A stretch of 64,000 nucleotides of DNA from an uncultured Gammaproteobacteria bacterium (GCA_964497535.1 CAZCCG010000004.1:15218-79217); one strand, 5' to 3'. Positions 27,702-37,686 are shown, numbered from the stretch's first letter. The notes: generated from the sequence alone by a model not told the origin. Numbers and translations: made by a program.

Positions 27702-28637
27702 CTACACTCTCATTTGGTCTTTCACCTGTATTAGTCCTTCTTCCAAACTCTTCGTCATTATCCCTAAGGTTTCTATTTTAGCATTTTTTAGCGTTAAATT
27801 AAAAGGCCGTTTTGCACGACCATGAAAAAATTCGTCGCGGGTTGTTGTAGCAATCAAATCTTCTTCAAAACCAAATACTTTCGCAACGAGACGTGCCGCT
27901 TCATAAGGAGATATTGCTTGATTTCCTACCGTATGAAAAATCCCTGTCAGCTCTTTTTCTATCAAAACATCAAAAATAGTGGCAAAATCATCAATAAACG
28001 TCGGGCAGATAATGTGATCCGTGATCATAGAAAGTTTTTGATTTGCAGATAACCGTTCTATAATAAAACGGATAAAATCCTTTTTAACAAAATCTGACCT
28101 ATAAGGATAGGCAAGACGCATAATAGCCCATGGTATCTTACTCTGTTTGACCCTATTCTCCCCCTCATATTTCGTCCTCCCATACCAGTCTATAGGATTT
28201 GGTTTATCATCTTCTGTATACCCATTTAACGGAGCATCATCTCCACTAAAAACAAAATCCGTCGAGACATATATAATTTTTTTACCCGTCTGTTCACATG
28301 CCGATACAACGTTTTGAGTACCCATTACATTGATTGCCCACGCGGTTTGTTTTTCTTTCCACTCTTTTTCTTGTTCTTCTATATCTTTATATCCCAATAT
28401 CTTACTGTCTTCTTCATGATCTCTTTCACATCCGTCGACATCGGCTTTTGCAGCCAGATGGAATACAACTGAAGCGTCTGATTTTTTAATTTCATGATAA
28501 ATCAACTCTTTATTAGTTATATCTATTCCACTACTTCGGCTAACAAATTCAAATTCATATCGGTTCTGAAGTAGTTGCTCCACTCGTGAACCTACTAATC
28601 CAGACAATCCAATACCAAGAATTTTATGTTTATTCAT
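27702..28637 (-). CDS. dTDP-4-dehydrorhamnose reductase-like (RmlD family) with insertions
   Basis: 'YGRTK' catalytic motif and a 'WAINV'-like block. Confidence 0.65.
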   Translation of the reverse strand: MNKHKILGIGLSGLVGSRVEQLLQNRYEFEFVSRSSGIDITNKELIYHEIKKSDASVVFHLAAKADVDGCERDHEEDSKILGYKDIEEQEKEWKEKQTAWAINVMGTQNVVSACEQTGKKIIYVSTDFVFSGDDAPLNGYTEDDKPNPIDWYGRTKYEGENRVKQSKIPWAIMRLAYPYRSDFVKKDFIRFIIERLSANQKLSMITDHIICPTFIDDFATIFDVLIEKELTGIFHTVGNQAISPYEAARLVAKVFGFEEDLIATTTRDEFFHGRAKRPFNLTLKNAKIETLGIMTKSLEEGLIQVKDQMRV

Positions 28638-28640
28638 ATG

Positions 28641-29120
28641 CTATTTGCTCGTGAAAAAGGGTACAGAAAATGGCGTTTCTAGATAATCATAATATCGTTT
28701 GATAGTGGACAAATGATCAAATGCAAATTGTTCGTCGGGAGGTAAATCTGTTTGTGACACCCATTTAATTTCTGTTACCTCCTTATTCAAAGTCGGTTTA
28801 CCCCCAATTACTTCTGCTATAAATCGGAATTCCACATTCTGTCTATCTTCTTTCGGTCTATGAGGACTATCTATTATTTCAAAAAGCATTTTAATTTTTC
28901 CGTTAAATCCTGTTTCTTCTCTCAATTCCCGTAATGCTCCTTGCTCTACATTTTCATCTCTGTCCAAAAATCCTCCCGGTACAGTATATTTATAGGGATT
29001 TGTAACATTTTTTGAGCGTTTTATGAGAAGGACTTGCTTCTGTTCGTTTAGGATAATTACTGCAACAGTTACGTGTCTAAAAAGAACCTGATGGCCGTTT
29101 TCCAAGGTACATTTAATCAT
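28641..29120 (-). CDS. NUDIX hydrolase
   Basis: Nudix box 'GGFLDRDENVEQGALRELREETG'. Confidence 0.8.
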   Translation of the reverse strand: MIKCTLENGHQVLFRHVTVAVIILNEQKQVLLIKRSKNVTNPYKYTVPGGFLDRDENVEQGALRELREETGFNGKIKMLFEIIDSPHRPKEDRQNVEFRFIAEVIGGKPTLNKEVTEIKWVSQTDLPPDEQFAFDHLSTIKRYYDYLETPFSVPFFTSK

Positions 29121-30130
29121 CTATTTTGATATTGCTTGGTGTAATATTCATGGTATGCACCACTTTTAACTCGTTTCCACCAATCCTGATGTGTTGTATA
29201 CCACTGTACCGTTTTTATAAGCCATTCTTCAAAGGTATGTCGTGGCTCCCATCCTAATTCTGTTTTGATCTTAGACCAATCTACATCATATCTCCTATCA
29301 TGTCCCGGTCGATCCTTTACAAATTTTATTGAGGCTTCATTTTTATCCATAATTTTTAAAATTCTTTTTACAACTTCTACATTGGGAATTAATTTGGTCA
29401 TCCCTCCTACAACATATGTTTCTCCGATTTTTCCATCGGATAACACCATATCAATTGCCCGACAGTGGTCTTCAACATACAACCAATCCCGGACATACAA
29501 CCCATCACCATATACGGGCACTTTTTTACCTTCTAAAATATTTGTGATTGCCAATGGAATCAATTTTTCAGGGAACATATAGGGACCAAAGTTATTGGAA
29601 CAATTTGTAATGGTAATCGGCAAATTATAGGTAGTATGGTAGGCCCTTACAAAATGATCTGAAGCAGCTTTACTAGCTGCATAAGGACTTCGAGGAGCAT
29701 AAGCAGTATTTTCGTCAAATTTTTTCGGATCATCAAGGCTTAGGCTACCAAATACTTCGTCTGTTGAAACATGATGAAACCGTTTTACTTTTAACTCAAG
29801 GGCAGCATTCAAAAGTACTTGAGTACCTAATACATTTGTCAAAACAAACGGGGAGGGATCCATAATAGAGCGGTCAACATGGGTCTCTGCTGCAAAATTT
29901 ACTACAATATCACACTCCTGCATTGCTTTCTCAACAGCTTTTCCGTCACAAATATCACCATGAACAAATATATAATTTGGGTTATGCTCAACTTGCGCAA
30001 GGTTCTCTAAATTTCCTGCATACGTCAACTTATCAAAGTTAACAATAGAATCAGCAGGGTGGTTTTTCATCCAGTATAAAATAAAATTTGAGCCAATAAA
30101 ACCAGCTCCGCCTGTTACAAACAATCTCAT
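29117..30130 (-). CDS. rmlB: dTDP-glucose 4,6-dehydratase
   Basis: 'VTGGAGFIGSNF' with typical RmlB length. Confidence 0.9.
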   Translation of the reverse strand: MRLFVTGGAGFIGSNFILYWMKNHPADSIVNFDKLTYAGNLENLAQVEHNPNYIFVHGDICDGKAVEKAMQECDIVVNFAAETHVDRSIMDPSPFVLTNVLGTQVLLNAALELKVKRFHHVSTDEVFGSLSLDDPKKFDENTAYAPRSPYAASKAASDHFVRAYHTTYNLPITITNCSNNFGPYMFPEKLIPLAITNILEGKKVPVYGDGLYVRDWLYVEDHCRAIDMVLSDGKIGETYVVGGMTKLIPNVEVVKRILKIMDKNEASIKFVKDRPGHDRRYDVDWSKIKTELGWEPRHTFEEWLIKTVQWYTTHQDWWKRVKSGAYHEYYTKQYQNR

Positions 30131-30254
30131 ATTTTATCCTTTCTTATAATGCATTGACGGGTGGCACGACTGGAAGGGCTCCCGACAGCACGCATCTTGA
30201 TAAACATCAAGGAGTACTGACTGAAGGGAAAGTCGCGATAGGAGCCGTCAAAAA

Positions 30255-30794
30255 TCATAATTTTTTTTCCTTTCTCAATTTATCTAACATCAGTATCCCA
30301 ATCATGCTTGCTGAGTGATTAATTTCACCACTCATTACTTTTGCCACCGCCTCCTGCAATGACATTTTTATAACTTCTATATCTTCATCTTCTTCCGGTT
30401 TTGCTTGCCCAAATGTTAAATCTTTTGCCAAGAATAAATGTGCTTGAGCCCGAAAAACGCTTCCTGCCAGTTCAATACGCGATAATTCCTCCCATTGGTT
30501 TGCGGATATTCCTGTTTCTTCTATTAATTCCCGTTTTGCTGCCTGGACTGAAGTCTCTCCTGTATCGATAAACCCTGCCATTGCTTCAAGTGTTTTTTTC
30601 TCAAGCATGTAGCGATATTGGGATACAAGATAAAGTTCATATGAATTGGTTAATGGAAAAACGGTAACAGTTGGATTTCTTCTGGCAATATGATGTATTT
30701 TTTCTTTTTTATTTGGGCGCTGTAGCTTGAGTTCTTCAACAGTAAATAGCTTTGCTTTAAAAGCAGTCTTTTGTGAAACAATCTTTGACTTCAT
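30255..30794 (-). CDS. NUDIX hydrolase (ADP-ribose or nucleotide-sugar pyrophosphatase-like)
   Basis: Nudix box 'GFIDTGETSVQAAKRELIEETGI'. Confidence 0.8.
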   Translation of the reverse strand: MKSKIVSQKTAFKAKLFTVEELKLQRPNKKEKIHHIARRNPTVTVFPLTNSYELYLVSQYRYMLEKKTLEAMAGFIDTGETSVQAAKRELIEETGISANQWEELSRIELAGSVFRAQAHLFLAKDLTFGQAKPEEDEDIEVIKMSLQEAVAKVMSGEINHSASMIGILMLDKLRKEKKL

Positions 30795-31219
30795 TTTACT
30801 ATTCCGTTTTTAAGGTCCTCTTCACTATACTCCACTTGTTCATCTTTCAAATTTGGGTCATAGGCAGGATCCGGATAATTTATAAGCCATGCTTCCTCAT
30901 CACCAATATTAAGCAATCCTGTTGCAATATCTTTGGGAATAAATAACCGTTGAGGATTGGCTGCATCTAGTATATGTTCTTCACGATCTTGTTGTCCCGG
31001 AGTCTGAAGAATAATCTTCATTTTCCCTTTCAAACAAATATACCGTGCTGCCCGTACTCGGTGAAGATGATACCCTTTGAATGCACCTGGAGCTGCTGAG
31101 GTAAGATAAGCAACGGTCTTTTCTCCATCTTTGTAAAGCTCAATGAGAAACCCATTTTCATTATTATTGTGATCTTTCGTTAAAACTTTTTTTGCTTCTT
31201 CTACAACTGCGATACTCAT
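30791..31219 (-). CDS. Cupin-fold sugar epimerase/isomerase (RmlC-like or FdtA/WxcM-like)
   Basis: 142 aa. A small cupin with 'GYHLH' inside the rml cluster. Confidence 0.5.
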   Translation of the reverse strand: MSIAVVEEAKKVLTKDHNNNENGFLIELYKDGEKTVAYLTSAAPGAFKGYHLHRVRAARYICLKGKMKIILQTPGQQDREEHILDAANPQRLFIPKDIATGLLNIGDEEAWLINYPDPAYDPNLKDEQVEYSEEDLKNGIVK

Positions 31220-31956
31220 GACAAGTCACCTGCCTTTATTTTTTCTGCAACTAAATTATTTGCCCGTAGCAGTTCATCATATGATGTTCCCGCATCTATC
31301 CACCAATCCAAAAGTTCCCCATGTAATGTTCCTTCTTTTAAATACATGTTATTCAAATCAGTTACTTCTAATTCACCTCGAGCAGAGGGCTTTAACTGTT
31401 GTATAAATTCAAAAACTCTCTCATCGTACATATAAAGACCTGTCTGTGCAATATTTGATTTCGGATGCTCCGGTTTTTCCTCTATAGACAGAACTTTCCC
31501 CTTCTCGTCCATTTCGATTACTCCATATTGTCCGGAGTCTGTAGGCATTTTTACTCCATAGACGACTGCTCCTTTATCTCTCTTATAAAAACTTTCTATA
31601 ACCGGTTGTAAATCTACATTAAAAATGTTATCTCCCAGCGTAACTAATATTCGCTCCTCTTTTGCAAATTCTTTTGCATATGAAATTCCGTCGGATATTC
31701 CTCCTTTGGGATTCTGTTGAACTCCATAATAAATTCTTAAACCAAATTCTTCGCCGGCTTTAAGTAAATTGGCGAAATGGCCTGCGTGATCCGGAGATGT
31801 AAGAAGAAGAACTTCTTTGATACCTGCTTTTACCATAGTATCAATGGAATAATAGATCATCGGCTTATTGTATACCGGAAGAAGATGCTTATTAGTAACC
31901 CACGTAAGAGGTCGAAGCCTCGTAGCTAATCCTCCTGCTAGAATTACGCCTTTCAC
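31216..31956 (-). CDS. Sugar-phosphate nucleotidyltransferase (short RmlA-like glucose-1-phosphate thymidylyltransferase)
   Basis: 'GVILAGGLATRLRPLT' signature. Confidence 0.8.
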   Translation of the reverse strand: MKGVILAGGLATRLRPLTWVTNKHLLPVYNKPMIYYSIDTMVKAGIKEVLLLTSPDHAGHFANLLKAGEEFGLRIYYGVQQNPKGGISDGISYAKEFAKEERILVTLGDNIFNVDLQPVIESFYKRDKGAVVYGVKMPTDSGQYGVIEMDEKGKVLSIEEKPEHPKSNIAQTGLYMYDERVFEFIQQLKPSARGELEVTDLNNMYLKEGTLHGELLDWWIDAGTSYDELLRANNLVAEKIKAGDLS

Positions 31957-32223
31957 TTAGAATCCTCCTTTCACAAAGAAGAAAAATATAGCAATACCGA
32001 TACTGCTCATAAGTACATATTCTACCACAATTTTTACTGTTATGTTATGGTCTAGATAATGATGCAAAATACCCAAGATAACATAAAAAAATGCCATCAG
32101 GACAACTATACCCGTTTGTAACTGGAGATTTGTCCGAGATTGCAAGGCTACAACAAATCCTAACAGTAACATGAAAATGAGAATTATGTAATATCCCCGA
32201 TGATGTCTCAAGTCTTTTAACAT
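31957..32223 (-). CDS. Small membrane protein, hypothetical
   Basis: 88 aa with 3 TM helices. Confidence 0.35.
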   Translation of the reverse strand: MLKDLRHHRGYYIILIFMLLLGFVVALQSRTNLQLQTGIVVLMAFFYVILGILHHYLDHNITVKIVVEYVLMSSIGIAIFFFFVKGGF

Positions 32224-33095
32224 TATAAGGTAATCCCCCTTCCAAAGAGAAGTATTAACATAAGTATTGTCGTTAGGAACAAAATATGATCAACATTATG
32301 CCCTACAATTCTCACAATCCTTCGTCGTTGTACCAGTATCATATCGACAATTAATACAAATATAAAGAGGAAAAGTATAAGGATTGCAATATTTGACGCA
32401 ATTACTTTACTATCAAAAAATGGTTGTTTTATGATCGAACCAATAACAATACCATTTGAAGACGGTAGCACCGGCACAGTAGGATTCACAATCTGAGCCG
32501 GTTGATCTGTGATCGATCCAGTGGCTATCGTATCTGTCTGGTTCCCAAACATCTCAACTACCAGTGTTGTATTCTCACCCAAAAGCTTCCCATCCATAAT
32601 TGCGAAACCAATATCCTGATAATTAGGTGATAACATATTTTGACGATGTGTGGGACTTGCCATCCATGCATCCACTACATCAGATGAGTCTGTAAAGCCA
32701 CGAGCCAAATTTTCTCCTGCATACACATAACTATAACCCGAATTTTTAATAAATACCCAAGGAGTAGTTCCATCAGGAGCATTATGTGCCCAGAAATTCT
32801 TTACAAACATATATTTTGCTTTCATAAGTGCTGCCTGAGACAATTCAGAATTAAGGCTGAGTGGATTCATCCCATGAGCGATACGTTGCTGGTTGGTTAA
32901 GGCCAAAAGATCCTGGGCGCTGATATCAGTCGTTACACCTAAAACTCCGGAATAATTTGTTTTAACAGAAGAAAGAAATAACCCAGTCAGTATCAAAAAT
33001 GTAATAAGAAGTATAAGGGAGAAATGATGAAGGACTTTGGGTCGATGATTATTGGAAGACCGCGGTAAAAAAAGATGGTGCAGAAAATCTTTCAT
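32223..33095 (-). CDS. CAP/SCP/PR-1 (YkwD-like) domain secreted protein with a membrane anchor
   Basis: 'GENLARGF..SPTHRQNMLSPNYQDIGFA'. I moved the start to the internal ATG at 33095, because the longer ORF would overlap tsaB. Confidence 0.65.
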   Translation of the reverse strand: MKDFLHHLFLPRSSNNHRPKVLHHFSLILLITFLILTGLFLSSVKTNYSGVLGVTTDISAQDLLALTNQQRIAHGMNPLSLNSELSQAALMKAKYMFVKNFWAHNAPDGTTPWVFIKNSGYSYVYAGENLARGFTDSSDVVDAWMASPTHRQNMLSPNYQDIGFAIMDGKLLGENTTLVVEMFGNQTDTIATGSITDQPAQIVNPTVPVLPSSNGIVIGSIIKQPFFDSKVIASNIAILILFLFIFVLIVDMILVQRRRIVRIVGHNVDHILFLTTILMLILLFGRGITL

Positions 33096-33132
33096 GAAAT
33101 AAAGTCTTGATTGTATATCTACTTCCAGTATA

Positions 33133-33471
33133 TCACTCATACACCGGCTCGGCAAAGTCACCAATCGGTTTCCCATTAACAGGGATAGTAAGTGAGTATG
33201 CCAATGCATTTGCGATAGAAATTCCAACCCGAAGTCCGGTAAATGATCCCGGTCCCTGCGCAACTTCAATAGACGTAATATCTGTAGGGTCTAAATGGTG
33301 TTCTGCTAATATTTCTTCAACCAATGGTAAAACTACCTGTGACTTTTGCACACCAATCTCTTCTCTTTTTTCATAGGATTTCCCATCAATCCTCAAGCCA
33401 ACCACAATTTCCTTATTACTCGAAGTATCAATTGATAAAACTATCTCCTTAATTCCTAATTCATAATTCAT
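33133..33471 (-). CDS. tsaB: TsaB (YeaZ)-like protein, N-terminal domain only (113 aa; truncated or minimal)
   Basis: 'IVLSIDTSSN...VAQGPGSFTGLRVGISIANALAYS'. The start overlaps the tsaC stop by ATGA. Confidence 0.65.
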   Translation of the reverse strand: MNYELGIKEIVLSIDTSSNKEIVVGLRIDGKSYEKREEIGVQKSQVVLPLVEEILAEHHLDPTDITSIEVAQGPGSFTGLRVGISIANALAYSLTIPVNGKPIGDFAEPVYE

Positions 33472-34058
33472 AATTCTAAAGATACTGCCCCTTCCCGTAG
33501 AATTTTCCAGGGTTTTTGAGTACAATCAATAACCGTCGATGCCTGCTTGAATAGTACTTCTCCTTGGACTACACAATCTACCAGTTTCAAAAGTCTTGAA
33601 TCAAGTTCTTCAAAAGAATATGGTGTTTTTTTTCCATGAAAGTTCGCAGAAGGACCAAGAATTGGAAGTCCAAGTTCACGAATAAGCGTTCGTGCTAGCG
33701 GATGGTTGGGAATACGAACTCCAAGTGTTGTACTTTTTCCCCGGACAAGTTCCGGAATTTTTTCTGTTTTACACGGCAGAACAATTGTCAAAGCACCCGG
33801 CCAGTATGGCTCAATAAGATTATTAATAACCTCTTTCGGAATAGGTTGTAAATAATCCTGTGCCATTTTGACCGTATCAACCAGAACCGGGGTTGCTTTC
33901 GTTGGCGGCCTTTTTCTGATTTCAAATAATCGCTTGACTGCTTTTTCATTATCAATCCTGCATCCGATTCCATAAGCAGTATCGGTAGGGAAAACTACAA
34001 TCCCCCCGTTTTTTAAAACATCAATCGCTTCCTTAATATTTAGATTATCTATTTTCAT
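33468..34058 (-). CDS. tsaC: L-threonylcarbamoyladenylate synthase TsaC/Sua5 (YrdC domain)
   Basis: 'VVFPTDTAYGIGC' YrdC signature. Confidence 0.85.
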   Translation of the reverse strand: MKIDNLNIKEAIDVLKNGGIVVFPTDTAYGIGCRIDNEKAVKRLFEIRKRPPTKATPVLVDTVKMAQDYLQPIPKEVINNLIEPYWPGALTIVLPCKTEKIPELVRGKSTTLGVRIPNHPLARTLIRELGLPILGPSANFHGKKTPYSFEELDSRLLKLVDCVVQGEVLFKQASTVIDCTQKPWKILREGAVSLEL

Positions 34059-34109
34059 ATGGTATAAAATATCAAAAATTAAACATTAAATATATTTCAT
34101 ATTTACTAT

Positions 34110-34541
34110 TTAATATTTACTATGAATCATTATCTCTCTCCTATTTCCTCCCAAATCTCTGAAATGAATTTCTGTTCTTTTTTCAGGTAATAACTTCCCG
34201 AGCTTTTCCGGCCATTCGATTACTACAATAGCATTTTTATCTTCTAATAACTCCCCCAGACCTATATTCTTTAAATCAACCTCTGTTTGTGTTCTGTATA
34301 AATCGATATGATACAAACTCTTTCCTTTTATTTCATATTTCCTTGCAATAATAAATGTAGGAGAAATGATGCGTTGTTCAATTCCTAACCCTTTTGCCAA
34401 ACCTTGCACAAAAGTAGTTTTACCACTTCCTAAATCACCATATAACAAAAGGGCAACTCCGGGTGTTATTTGTTTTGATAAAATACTACCCGCTGATTGC
34501 GTTTCTTCAAAGCTCTTTGTCTCTATTCTACTTTCTCCCAT
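34110..34541 (-). CDS. tsaE: tRNA t6A biosynthesis ATPase TsaE (YjeE)
   Basis: P-loop 'GDLGSGKTTF'. Confidence 0.85.
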   Translation of the reverse strand: MGESRIETKSFEETQSAGSILSKQITPGVALLLYGDLGSGKTTFVQGLAKGLGIEQRIISPTFIIARKYEIKGKSLYHIDLYRTQTEVDLKNIGLGELLEDKNAIVVIEWPEKLGKLLPEKRTEIHFRDLGGNRREIMIHSKY

Positions 34542-35470
34542 AATAATTTCTTAATTCTACCACGAAATTGGAAAACGGCACAGCCAAGGATCAGGAGAAT
34601 TCCACTTATCACTGTGGCTATCGGAAACAAAGACTGATTGGTTACCCCCTGTACTGATACTTTATTTATTTTGTGGGGAGTCGGTAGTATCGGAGCAGAA
34701 ACACTGGCAGTAAGCACTGAGGAGGAGGAACTTACCAATACCTGGGTATCAGATAATTTAGATAAAGCGGTAGGGGAACTACCGGTAGAAACGTATACAA
34801 CACTTGATGATAATTGAGATATTTTTGTGGTGGGATTAGCTGGCTTTGAAGTAATTGTTGGAGCAAATGTTACCGTAGGTTTTGGAGTCACGCTCGGCTT
34901 AGACGATGGTGTTGGTGAAGCCGGTTTTGGCGTGGAACTAGGTTTTATGGTCGGTGTAGGAAGAGTTGTTAGGGTAGGAGGAATAATTGTAGGGGTTACC
35001 GTAGGCGCTGGTATGGAAGAATTATTGCTTGACCCTTTTGAAGGTGAATTAAAAATCACCCATCCTCCTAATCCATCTGTATTTCTCCCAAAAGTTGCAT
35101 TTACACCCGGACTGATTTCATATGCATAACTATCTATAACGGTTGTTCCATTCAGAAGTTGTAGGACATCAGATGTCGAGGTATTTAGGTTAAAATAACT
35201 ACTTTCGAATACTTTAAATTCGTGCGGTGAAATAATAGTTCCCGACGGAATTACAAACTTTTCCGATCCACCTGAGTCATCAATGAACCATCCGCCAATA
35301 TCGAGAGGACTTGATCCAATGTTATAAAGCTCTACCCATTGCTGGCTGGAAGGATCAACAAGGAATTCATTAATTACGATATCTGCAGCAAAAACTTCTT
35401 GAGGAACAAAAAAACAACCTAAAATAAATAAGGCAATAGAAAACAGGTGGGCAGTCTGTCTTGGGCTCAT
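34523..35470 (-). CDS. Secreted lamin-tail-domain (LTD) protein with a Pro/Thr/Ser-rich linker and a C-terminal TM anchor
   Basis: Signal peptide, 'INEFLVDPSSQQWVELYN' LTD fold, then a PT-rich low-complexity stretch and a C-terminal hydrophobic helix. Confidence 0.6.
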   Translation of the reverse strand: MSPRQTAHLFSIALFILGCFFVPQEVFAADIVINEFLVDPSSQQWVELYNIGSSPLDIGGWFIDDSGGSEKFVIPSGTIISPHEFKVFESSYFNLNTSTSDVLQLLNGTTVIDSYAYEISPGVNATFGRNTDGLGGWVIFNSPSKGSSNNSSIPAPTVTPTIIPPTLTTLPTPTIKPSSTPKPASPTPSSKPSVTPKPTVTFAPTITSKPANPTTKISQLSSSVVYVSTGSSPTALSKLSDTQVLVSSSSSVLTASVSAPILPTPHKINKVSVQGVTNQSLFPIATVISGILLILGCAVFQFRGRIKKLLWEKVE

Positions 35471-35525
35471 TGCTCTTCTTTAAGAATAGCATTCTTGTGT
35501 AAAAAAACAAGAGGAGAGAACGTTC

Positions 35526-36752
35526 TTAAAATGCTACTCTATCAATTTCAAAAATGCTACCAACACTATAGTTATCTGTAAAGGAAATTTTATGACCTCC
35601 TTCAATATAGGGATCATTCATGGTATAACTTCCATTAGAACCGCTCAGAATGACAACAAAATGAGTACCGCCATACGCACGAATACCTACAACTACCGGA
35701 CCACTTCCCAAAGCTGAATCAAGCGCTGCACCGATACGTTGAGAGGTAGCACCATCGGCTGAAATCGTATATTGTAAATATGCAGGATAATAAGAAGCAA
35801 AATTAGAAGAGTTTGAATTAATTGTTTGAGGTGTTACACCCCGATGGCCATAGTGAGTATACATCATTGCCATAGACGTAACCAGACATCCATCACTCGC
35901 TATAGTATATCCTGTTCCGTTAAGAGAGTTCCCTCCCCACTGACTATCTCTTTGATTATAATAACACCCCCAATCATCACACACTGTTTGGTTTCCAAGT
36001 AGTGATGCTCCTCCAAAATTTGCTGTAAACCTGGAAAACCCTGCTAGTTGAGCTTTTGCCTGTGAAAGTAACCGCTGATAGTTTGCTTCGCTTCCTTGTG
36101 TCTGAGCAAGCAGCGCCTGCTTGTTTTGTTTATCAGCAGCCAGTTGCTTTGTGTAACCCTCAAGCTGTGTTTTTAAAGCTTCTACTTTTTTCTTTTTATC
36201 CTCAAGAATACCTTTTTGATTTTGATAATCGTCTTTTGCTTGTTGAGCTTCTGTCAACAATTTTTTATCATGAGCCTGTACGATTCTTAAGTAATTTGCT
36301 TTGAAAAAGAAATCGGATGCACCATTTGCCGACATAAGAACTTGAAGAGGCGCTACTGAACCAACTTCATAGGTATGGACAACTCTATGGAAAAGCACCT
36401 TTGAAAGATCACTTAAAGATGTTTCCAAATGGGAAATTTTGTGGGCTGCCAGGTCAATATCTTCTGTTAATGATTTAATTTGTGATTCTGTAGAATTAAT
36501 CCTGAGTTCTGTCAATTTAATCTGACTATCCATCGCGGAAATTTGATTAGAAAAAGTGTTTTCCTGGTTTTTTAGATCACCAATTTTATTTTCTAAATCT
36601 TTTATCTGCTGCTGAAGCTGCGTCTTTTGGTCAGAGTTTGAACTGGTTGATGTGGGAGTAGGAGTTACCGTTTGAGCAAAAGAAGAATTGTTACCCAATA
36701 CCAAAAATAAAAAAACCCATAGTATAAAAATTGGAAGAGATAGTTTCCTCAT
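35526..36752 (-). CDS. PcsB-like protein: a secreted coiled coil plus a C-terminal papain-like (CHAP/C39-like) peptidase domain
   Basis: Signal peptide, ~200 aa of heptad-rich coiled coil, and a C-terminal Cys/His domain ('ASDGCLVTSMAMM', 'GGTHFVV'). It lies directly upstream of ftsX and ftsE. Confidence 0.5.
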   Translation of the reverse strand: MRKLSLPIFILWVFLFLVLGNNSSFAQTVTPTPTSTSSNSDQKTQLQQQIKDLENKIGDLKNQENTFSNQISAMDSQIKLTELRINSTESQIKSLTEDIDLAAHKISHLETSLSDLSKVLFHRVVHTYEVGSVAPLQVLMSANGASDFFFKANYLRIVQAHDKKLLTEAQQAKDDYQNQKGILEDKKKKVEALKTQLEGYTKQLAADKQNKQALLAQTQGSEANYQRLLSQAKAQLAGFSRFTANFGGASLLGNQTVCDDWGCYYNQRDSQWGGNSLNGTGYTIASDGCLVTSMAMMYTHYGHRGVTPQTINSNSSNFASYYPAYLQYTISADGATSQRIGAALDSALGSGPVVVGIRAYGGTHFVVILSGSNGSYTMNDPYIEGGHKISFTDNYSVGSIFEIDRVAF

Positions 36753-36819
36753 AAAAAATTTTGCTGTTTAATCTTATTTTAAAAGACACCTGTAAATAAT
36801 TACTTTATATTTAACCTCA

Positions 36820-37686
36820 TTATTTGAGATAGCGAAGAACAGCTAAAAAGCTGGAAACAACACCCAGAAATATTGCAAAAACAAATTCTGCTGCGAGTAA
36901 TTCCAACAAGAAGAGCGGATGAACCGGCAGAATAGGGATTCCTCGTAAAAAAGTCGTTAGAAGCGGTGTCGCATACCACAAAGCACCTACAGATATCGAC
37001 CATCCAATAAAGGCTCCAATAAGACCATATATAACCCCTTCCAGAATAAACGGCCATCTTACATACCAGTTGGTTGCACCGATCAACCGCATGATTTCAA
37101 TCTCTTCTCTTTTTTGGGAAATCTTAATTCCTATGATAATCATCATAATAAATATAGAATCCAAGGCGAGTATTATAATAAGTCCGATTCCAATTTTTCG
37201 AAGCGCTGATGTCCATTTTGTCAAATTGGATACAACATCTTTTGGAAATATGACTTCCTGGACAATCGAAGAGTTGTCTAGAGTATGAGAAATACCTGCC
37301 AAATCATTAATATCTTTGGTAGAAATTTCCAAAGAGGAAGGCAGCATATCTGCTGTTACAAATTCCAAAAGAAGCGGGTCATCTTTAAATTTATCCTTAT
37401 ATATTTTTAAGGCTTGTTGTTTGGAGACAAATCGCACAGAGGAAACTTTTCCGCTGGATACTAATTGGCTTTTAAGTGCAGTAATATTTTCCGGACGAGC
37501 TTCATCTTTGAAAAATACATTTACTTGAGGAAGTGATTCAAAATAAGAAATTATTTTTGCGGATCCGAAAATAATAAATGTAAAAATTGATGCGACAAAA
37601 AATGTCTGGAGGATGATAAAAATAGCGGCAAATGCCTGATAAGGGGATCTTCGAATATGATGCCATGCTGTCTTAAAATGCTTCAT
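36820..37686 (-). CDS. ftsX: Cell-division ABC transporter permease FtsX
   Basis: 288 aa with 4 TM helices and a large extracellular loop. It overlaps ftsE by 4 bp. Confidence 0.85.
   Translation of the reverse strand: MKHFKTAWHHIRRSPYQAFAAIFIILQTFFVASIFTFIIFGSAKIISYFESLPQVNVFFKDEARPENITALKSQLVSSGKVSSVRFVSKQQALKIYKDKFKDDPLLLEFVTADMLPSSLEISTKDINDLAGISHTLDNSSIVQEVIFPKDVVSNLTKWTSALRKIGIGLIIILALDSIFIMMIIIGIKISQKREEIEIMRLIGATNWYVRWPFILEGVIYGLIGAFIGWSISVGALWYATPLLTTFLRGIPILPVHPLFLLELLAAEFVFAIFLGVVSSFLAVLRYLK

Noticed and set aside
34827-35129. 100-aa Gly/Val-rich plus-strand ORF
   Set aside because: It is the antisense reading of the Pro/Thr/Ser-rich low-complexity linker of the LTD protein gene, so it is a composition artefact.
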